Source: an uncultured Prevotellaceae bacterium (lineage in GTDB: Bacteria; Bacteroidota; Bacteroidia; Bacteroidales; Bacteroidaceae). From it: a stretch of 64,000 nt of DNA. The notes under the pieces are model-generated. The model saw nothing but the letters and a program-made list of their open reading frames with translations, did no database searches and was not told the DNA's origin. The first letter of the stretch is position 1. Every line of letters starts with the position of its first letter. Shown piece after piece: positions 62,673 through 64,000 of this stretch. The stretch covers positions 12,846-76,845 of the forward strand of contig CAMZHV010000001.1 in the NCBI GenBank assembly GCA_947307015.1, written 5' to 3'. Made by a program: the position numbers and the translations under genes.

Positions 62673-64000
62673 ATGTCAGACAAAAAACAACCCTCTGCCG
62701 CCGCACAGGCCAACGGCTTCTACCGCTTATCGTGGCTGCAGCGCATCGGCTTCGGCTCCGGCGACTTGGCACAGAATCTGATTTTCCAGACGACGTGCAT
62801 GTACCTGCTTTTCTTCTACACCGACATCTATGGTCTGGATGCCGTTGACGTCTCGGTGATGTTCACCATCGGTAATGTGGCCAACGTCATCTGGGATCCT
62901 ATCGTGGGCACCCTCATTGACAAGAGCAACCCGCGGTTAGGCAAGTACCGCTCCTACCTCGTGTTTGTGGGCATCCCGCTCACAGGCTTTGCCATCCTGT
63001 GCTTCTGGAACGGTTTTGCGCCCTCGCTGCTGTATGCCTACGTGACATATATATCCATGACGCTTCTCTATACGTTCATCAACGTGCCCTACGGCGCTTT
63101 GAACTCGTCGCTGACACGCGACACGGACGAGATCACCATCCTGACCTCCGTGCGTATGTTCATGGCGAACTGCGGCGGTCTGGCCGTAGGTTCAGGTCTG
63201 CCCATCCTCATCTCTTATTTCACCAACGAGGCACACGAAGGACTGCCCAAAGACTCAGCGGCGTGGTTCACCACGATGACCATCTACGCCCTCGTCGGCC
63301 TGGCTCTCCTCTTCTTCTGCTTCAGCCAGTGTAAAGAGCGCGTGGTCATGGATGCCAAGGAAAGCGCCAACGTGAAAGTTAGCGACCTGTGGATGGAATT
63401 CGGACACAACCGCCCCCTGCGCGTCATCGCCTTCTTCTTCATTACGGCCTTCGCTATGATGTCCATCGGAAACGCCGCTGGAGCCTATTTCATCAACAGC
63501 AACATGCACGGCTCGGCCGACCAGCTCAGCATCTTCATGGGTCTCGGCTCAGCCCCCTCGTTCATCTTCATGCCACTCGTGCCGATGATCAAGAGATTGG
63601 TGGGCAAGAAGAATATGTTCTACATCTTCCTGACCATCGCCATCGTTGGCATGGGCTTCCTCTATGCTGTAGCCAAGATGGAGAACCCCAGCATGACGCT
63701 CGTCTACATCGCTCAGTTCGTGAAGTCTACGGGTGTCATCGTTTCCACAGGTTATATGTGGGCGTTGGTGCCTGAGGTCATCTCCTATGGTGAATGGAAG
63801 AGCGGCAAGCGCATCGCGGGCATCGTGAACGCCCTTACCGGTATCTTCTTCAAGGCTGGCATGACACTCGGCAGCGTGGTGGCTCCCGCCATCCTAGCCT
63901 ATGTAGCCTACAACCCCGACGTCATCGACCAGACGCCCAAAGCTGAGGAAGGCATCCTCTGGCTCGTTTGCGTCATTCCCGCTGCCCTCCTTCTCCTTGC
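62673..64000 (+). CDS. MFS/GPH-family (glycoside-pentoside-hexuronide:cation symporter-like) transporter, 3'-truncated by the window edge
   Basis: Not in the ORF track because it runs off the end. My own translation gives MSDKKQPSAAAQANGFYRLSWLQRIGFGSGDLAQNLIFQTTCMYLLFFYTDIYGLDAV..., open to position 64000. The GFGSGD / FYTD pattern is typical of GPH transporters. Confidence 0.8.
   Translation, partial: MSDKKQPSAAAQANGFYRLSWLQRIGFGSGDLAQNLIFQTTCMYLLFFYTDIYGLDAVDVSVMFTIGNVANVIWDPIVGTLIDKSNPRLGKYRSYLVFVGIPLTGFAILCFWNGFAPSLLYAYVTYISMTLLYTFINVPYGALNSSLTRDTDEITILTSVRMFMANCGGLAVGSGLPILISYFTNEAHEGLPKDSAAWFTTMTIYALVGLALLFFCFSQCKERVVMDAKESANVKVSDLWMEFGHNRPLRVIAFFFITAFAMMSIGNAAGAYFINSNMHGSADQLSIFMGLGSAPSFIFMPLVPMIKRLVGKKNMFYIFLTIAIVGMGFLYAVAKMENPSMTLVYIAQFVKSTGVIVSTGYMWALVPEVISYGEWKSGKRIAGIVNALTGIFFKAGMTLGSVVAPAILAYVAYNPDVIDQTPKAEEGILWLVCVIPAALLLL

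Overview
This 64-kb chromosomal segment looks like a GC-rich Bacteroidota genome, probably Prevotella-like (the taxon is inference). The hallmarks are TAnnTTTG -7 promoter boxes 4 to about 125 nt upstream of many starts, no Shine-Dalgarno sequences, two proteins ending in T9SS C-terminal sorting domains, PCMD-domain proteins, DUF4492-cydAB and a thrA/apgM-like/thrC operon. I call 45 protein genes, one of them a doubtful 59-aa ORF, plus one tRNA-Ala(CGC). Almost all are housekeeping: glmS, korAB, ispD, pdxJ, nadK, thrA/thrC, recQ, recJ, cydAB, argB, speA, aroK, topA, ribF, ddh. I see no rRNA, CRISPR, integrase, transposase, phage or recognisable defence genes. The unusual content is not a gene cluster but a layer of short structured repeats laid over the housekeeping genes. 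(1) There are about 20 copies of GC-rich 'C-tail + hairpin' modules. Many lie in frame inside reading frames: three unrelated proteins share the peptide PSL[IT]GRAGGES, and others carry D[SP]PPxLP[IV]REG-like peptides. Seven times they occur as inverted doublets that bracket the junction between two co-directional genes, with the stop and/or start codon in the spacer. (2) A second module family has a defined left and right end. These ends enclose a low-GC 633-nt segment containing the last ~80 codons of korA and a DUF559 endonuclease gene joined by TAATG overlaps to korA and korB. A 90-nt copy with the same two ends lies in frame inside thrC. (3) AT-rich elements have arms made of tandem heptamers; one sits in frame in argB, another probably in cydB, and others lie next to promoters. 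All statements come from reading the sequence by eye. No database search, RNA folding or statistics were run.
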